Below, in pieces: positions 15,320 through 17,578 of a DNA stretch of 17,578 nt. This DNA comes from Candidatus Micrarchaeota archaeon (GTDB lineage: Archaea > Micrarchaeota > Micrarchaeia > Norongarragalinales > SBBD01). The position numbers and the translations under genes are program-made. The DNA is taken from assembly GCA_038046605.1 (NCBI GenBank), contig JBBSVW010000082.1, forward strand, positions 1-17,578, given 5' to 3'. The notes below the pieces were generated by a model. The model was not told the DNA's origin and did not search any database. It was given only the letters and a program-made list of their open reading frames with translations. Position 1 is the first letter of the stretch; each line of letters starts with the position of its first letter.

Positions 15320-15730
15320 ATGGAACCCCAGCAAATAACAATTCGGCGCGTGGTGCGCCCGCAAAAGCGCAACCTTGAAGGCGAACTCGAATGGTTTTGC
15401 CAATCCCTTGGCATTTCACAGGATAGCGACGAGCTGGGCGCGGAAATACTCAAGGAGATATTGAGGGCGGAAAGCAAAGGAGGCATCATTCGGAGCATTT
15501 CAATCAGTAAAAAGATGCGCGTGACAAGGGGCGGGGCGGTTTACCACCTAAACAAGCTTATGGCAAGCGGCCTGATTGTCAGGAGGGGGCGCGATTATGA
15601 ATTGCGCGGCCAGAATTTATCCGATACAGTCGAAGAGATGGAGCAGGACATGAGGAGGTTTTTTAGGCAGATCCGCAGGATGGCGGATGAAATAGATTCC
15701 GAGCTTGGGATGAAAAACGAATTCGAGTGA
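15320..15730 (+). CDS. ArsR-like winged-HTH transcriptional regulator
   Basis: wHTH SISISKKMRVTRGGAVYHLNKLMASGLIVRRGRDYEL with a C-terminal coiled helix. Confidence 0.8.
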   Translation: MEPQQITIRRVVRPQKRNLEGELEWFCQSLGISQDSDELGAEILKEILRAESKGGIIRSISISKKMRVTRGGAVYHLNKLMASGLIVRRGRDYELRGQNLSDTVEEMEQDMRRFFRQIRRMADEIDSELGMKNEFE

Positions 15731-15735
15731 ATTTT

Positions 15736-16308
15736 ATGGAAAAGGAAAAATCGGCAAATGCCAATACGGATGGTGAAAATGCAAAGGAATTGGATAATGC
15801 AGCTAGCCAAAGCGGGCAAACCCCGCCCAATCGCCAAAATGAGGGGGATTATCATCGGCTTTATTTGGAGGCAAGGAAGAATTCCGACGAGCTTTTAACG
15901 CGCCTCAAATACATGCAGGCGGACTACGAGAATTTCAAGAAAAGGGCGCTTAAGGAAAAGCTCGAAATCATTGAGATCGCAAACGAATCGCTTTTGTCGG
16001 ATCTCCTTACAGTGCTTGATGAGATGGATGCCGCAATTTCACATCTGCCAAAGGACGCAGGGATGGATGGAATAGGCCTCGTCAGGCAAAACATGCTCAA
16101 AACGCTTGGCGAATACGGCTTGCAGCAGATGAAGGTCAAGGCCGGGGATGACTTCAACCCGGATGTATGCGAAGCAATAGGAACGGAAAATACGGCAGAT
16201 CAAAAAAACGAGGGGAAAATTTCGCTTGTTGCTCAAAGGGGGTATATGCTCAGGGGACTGGTTTTGAGGTTTGCAAAAGTGAAAGTCTACATGTTTGAAA
16301 AAGGATAG
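15736..16308 (+). CDS. grpE: Nucleotide exchange factor GrpE
   Basis: LKYMQADYENFKKR, LLTVLDEM, FNPDVCEAI and QRGYMLRGLVLRFAKVKV. GAGTGA RBS before the ATG at 15736 (alternative GTG at 15727). Confidence 0.95.
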   Translation: MEKEKSANANTDGENAKELDNAASQSGQTPPNRQNEGDYHRLYLEARKNSDELLTRLKYMQADYENFKKRALKEKLEIIEIANESLLSDLLTVLDEMDAAISHLPKDAGMDGIGLVRQNMLKTLGEYGLQQMKVKAGDDFNPDVCEAIGTENTADQKNEGKISLVAQRGYMLRGLVLRFAKVKVYMFEKG

Positions 16309-16315
16309 ATGATTC

Positions 16316-17245
16316 ATGGTAATTGAACTGACTGATCAAATGGAGAGGCTAAGGGGAGGCATTAAACACCTTCGGGGAGGGCATGATTATAGGCTAATTC
16401 TCAAAACCTTCGGAAAACCCGCTCTCAGGGATTTTTTCATGACACTTTACCCAAAATACGACATAACAACGGTGGAAAAAATCGTTGAAATTCCGGATTC
16501 AACTTTGGAACGATGGTTTCAAAAATTGGAGATTCCGTTTGAGCGTAGTCACATAACCTCTGAATCGATTCCCGCCAGTGCTGATTCTTCCACTATTGAG
16601 TACATTAACAACACTCCAAAAAAAGTAGTGGCCGTAAAAATCACGCCTGAATTAGCATATTTAATTGGATTCACATTGGGAGATGGCTCTGTACAAAAAT
16701 ACATGGTGGAGGTTTTTAATAAAGACAGGAAATTAAAGGATATTTTATTTAAAATCATGCAAAGCTACGGAAAAATAACGCAGGACGAAAGAGAGAATGG
16801 CCTATGGAGGCTTCGTCTGTCCTCAGGAAAAATAGCTAGTTTGATAAAAAAGAATAAACGAATTAGGGAGGATACGATAAAATACATATTTGCAGATGAA
16901 AAGCTGGCTGTAATGTTTATAGCGGCTTTTTGGGATGCAGAGGGAAGCGTTCTAAGGCAACGCAGCTATTTTCACGTGTACCTTTATAATTCGAATCTCA
17001 ACTTATTGAAATTGATCGGGAGCTTTTTGCATTCTAAAAAATTAGACTATTCCATCTTGAAATTGAATAATTCACGGAACAGGGTATATTTTCTGAATGG
17101 CAGGCAAGTGAAATCTAAAAAAACTCTTTATCGCCTGGGCATTCCGAAACGCAGTGTTTTAAGTTGGGCAAGGCAGTTTGGCGTTAATTTGAAGCATTCC
17201 AAAAAACAAGGGATGGTTAAGGAAATTTTATTGTCAGGTGATTGA
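16316..17245 (+). CDS. Free-standing LAGLIDADG homing endonuclease-like protein with N-terminal HTH
   Basis: Two LAGLIDADG helices, [12 protein letters not shown] and [13 protein letters not shown]-like [22 protein letters not shown]. No intein splice motifs seen. Visibly AT-richer than grpE and dnaK. Confidence 0.88.
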   Translation: MVIELTDQMERLRGGIKHLRGGHDYRLILKTFGKPALRDFFMTLYPKYDITTVEKIVEIPDSTLERWFQKLEIPFERSHITSESIPASADSSTIEYINNTPKKVVAVKITPELAYLIGFTLGDGSVQKYMVEVFNKDRKLKDILFKIMQSYGKITQDERENGLWRLRLSSGKIASLIKKNKRIREDTIKYIFADEKLAVMFIAAFWDAEGSVLRQRSYFHVYLYNSNLNLLKLIGSFLHSKKLDYSILKLNNSRNRVYFLNGRQVKSKKTLYRLGIPKRSVLSWARQFGVNLKHSKKQGMVKEILLSGD

Positions 17246-17247
17246 AT

Positions 17248-17578
17248 ATGAATAAAATACTAGGCGTGGACTTAGGCACTTCGAACAGTGCAGCTGCCGC
17301 AATGATGGGTGGAAAGCCCCAGATAATCCCCTCGGCCGAAGGGACAACCGCTGCGGGAAAGGCTTTCCCATCATTTGTTGCATTCACCAAGGAAGGGGAA
17401 GTGCTGGTTGGCGAACCGGCAAGAAGGCAGGCGGTAACCAACCCGGAAGGGACGGTTTACGCATCAAAACGCAAGAGGGGAACCGACCATGCGTACAAGA
17501 TTTTTGGGAAGGCATATACGCCCCAGAAAATTTCTGCATTCCTTTTGCAGAAATTATAGCGGGATGCTGAAATCTTCC
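17248..17578 (+). CDS. dnaK: Chaperone DnaK, N-terminal part, with in-frame TAG at 17557-17559 (sequence error or pseudogene)
   Basis: [41 protein letters not shown] and [13 protein letters not shown]. Homology continues past the TAG (RDAE). RBS AGGTGA. Confidence 0.9.

Noticed and set aside
17557-17559. Amber recoding or pyrrolysine read-through in dnaK
   Set aside because: TAG is the normal stop of DUF2070, mre11 and grpE in this window, and no pyl genes are seen.

Overview
Gene-dense archaeal chromosomal segment. Evidence for an archaeal origin: TATA boxes about 25-30 nt upstream of many starts, GGTGA-type RBSs, archaeal forms of RfcL, YchF, cupin PGI, HerA, Mre11 and DnaK, and a tRNA without encoded CCA. 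A DPANN/Micrarchaeota-like lineage is my inference only. Contents in order: 3' part of herA; a 44-aa AbrB/MazE-type gene absent from the ORF track; two hypotheticals; a SAM methyltransferase closely resembling eukaryotic Bud23/WBSCR22; DUF192; an orphan CheD-like deamidase; cupin glucose-6-phosphate isomerase; tRNA-Arg(TCT); a histidine phosphatase; ychF; rfcL; surface and pilin-like genes; a Zn-ribbon membrane protein; DUF2070; a 290-bp convergent intergenic region packed with inverted repeats; EamA; mre11; and a heat-shock operon (wHTH regulator, grpE, free-standing HTH-LAGLIDADG endonuclease, dnaK). dnaK has an in-frame TAG near the window end. Best leads: the Bud23-like enzyme, the endonuclease inside the grpE-dnaK operon, the structured element at 13185-13453, the orphan CheD-like protein, and the regulator with its palindrome upstream of grpE. 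All family assignments come from recalled motifs, not database searches.
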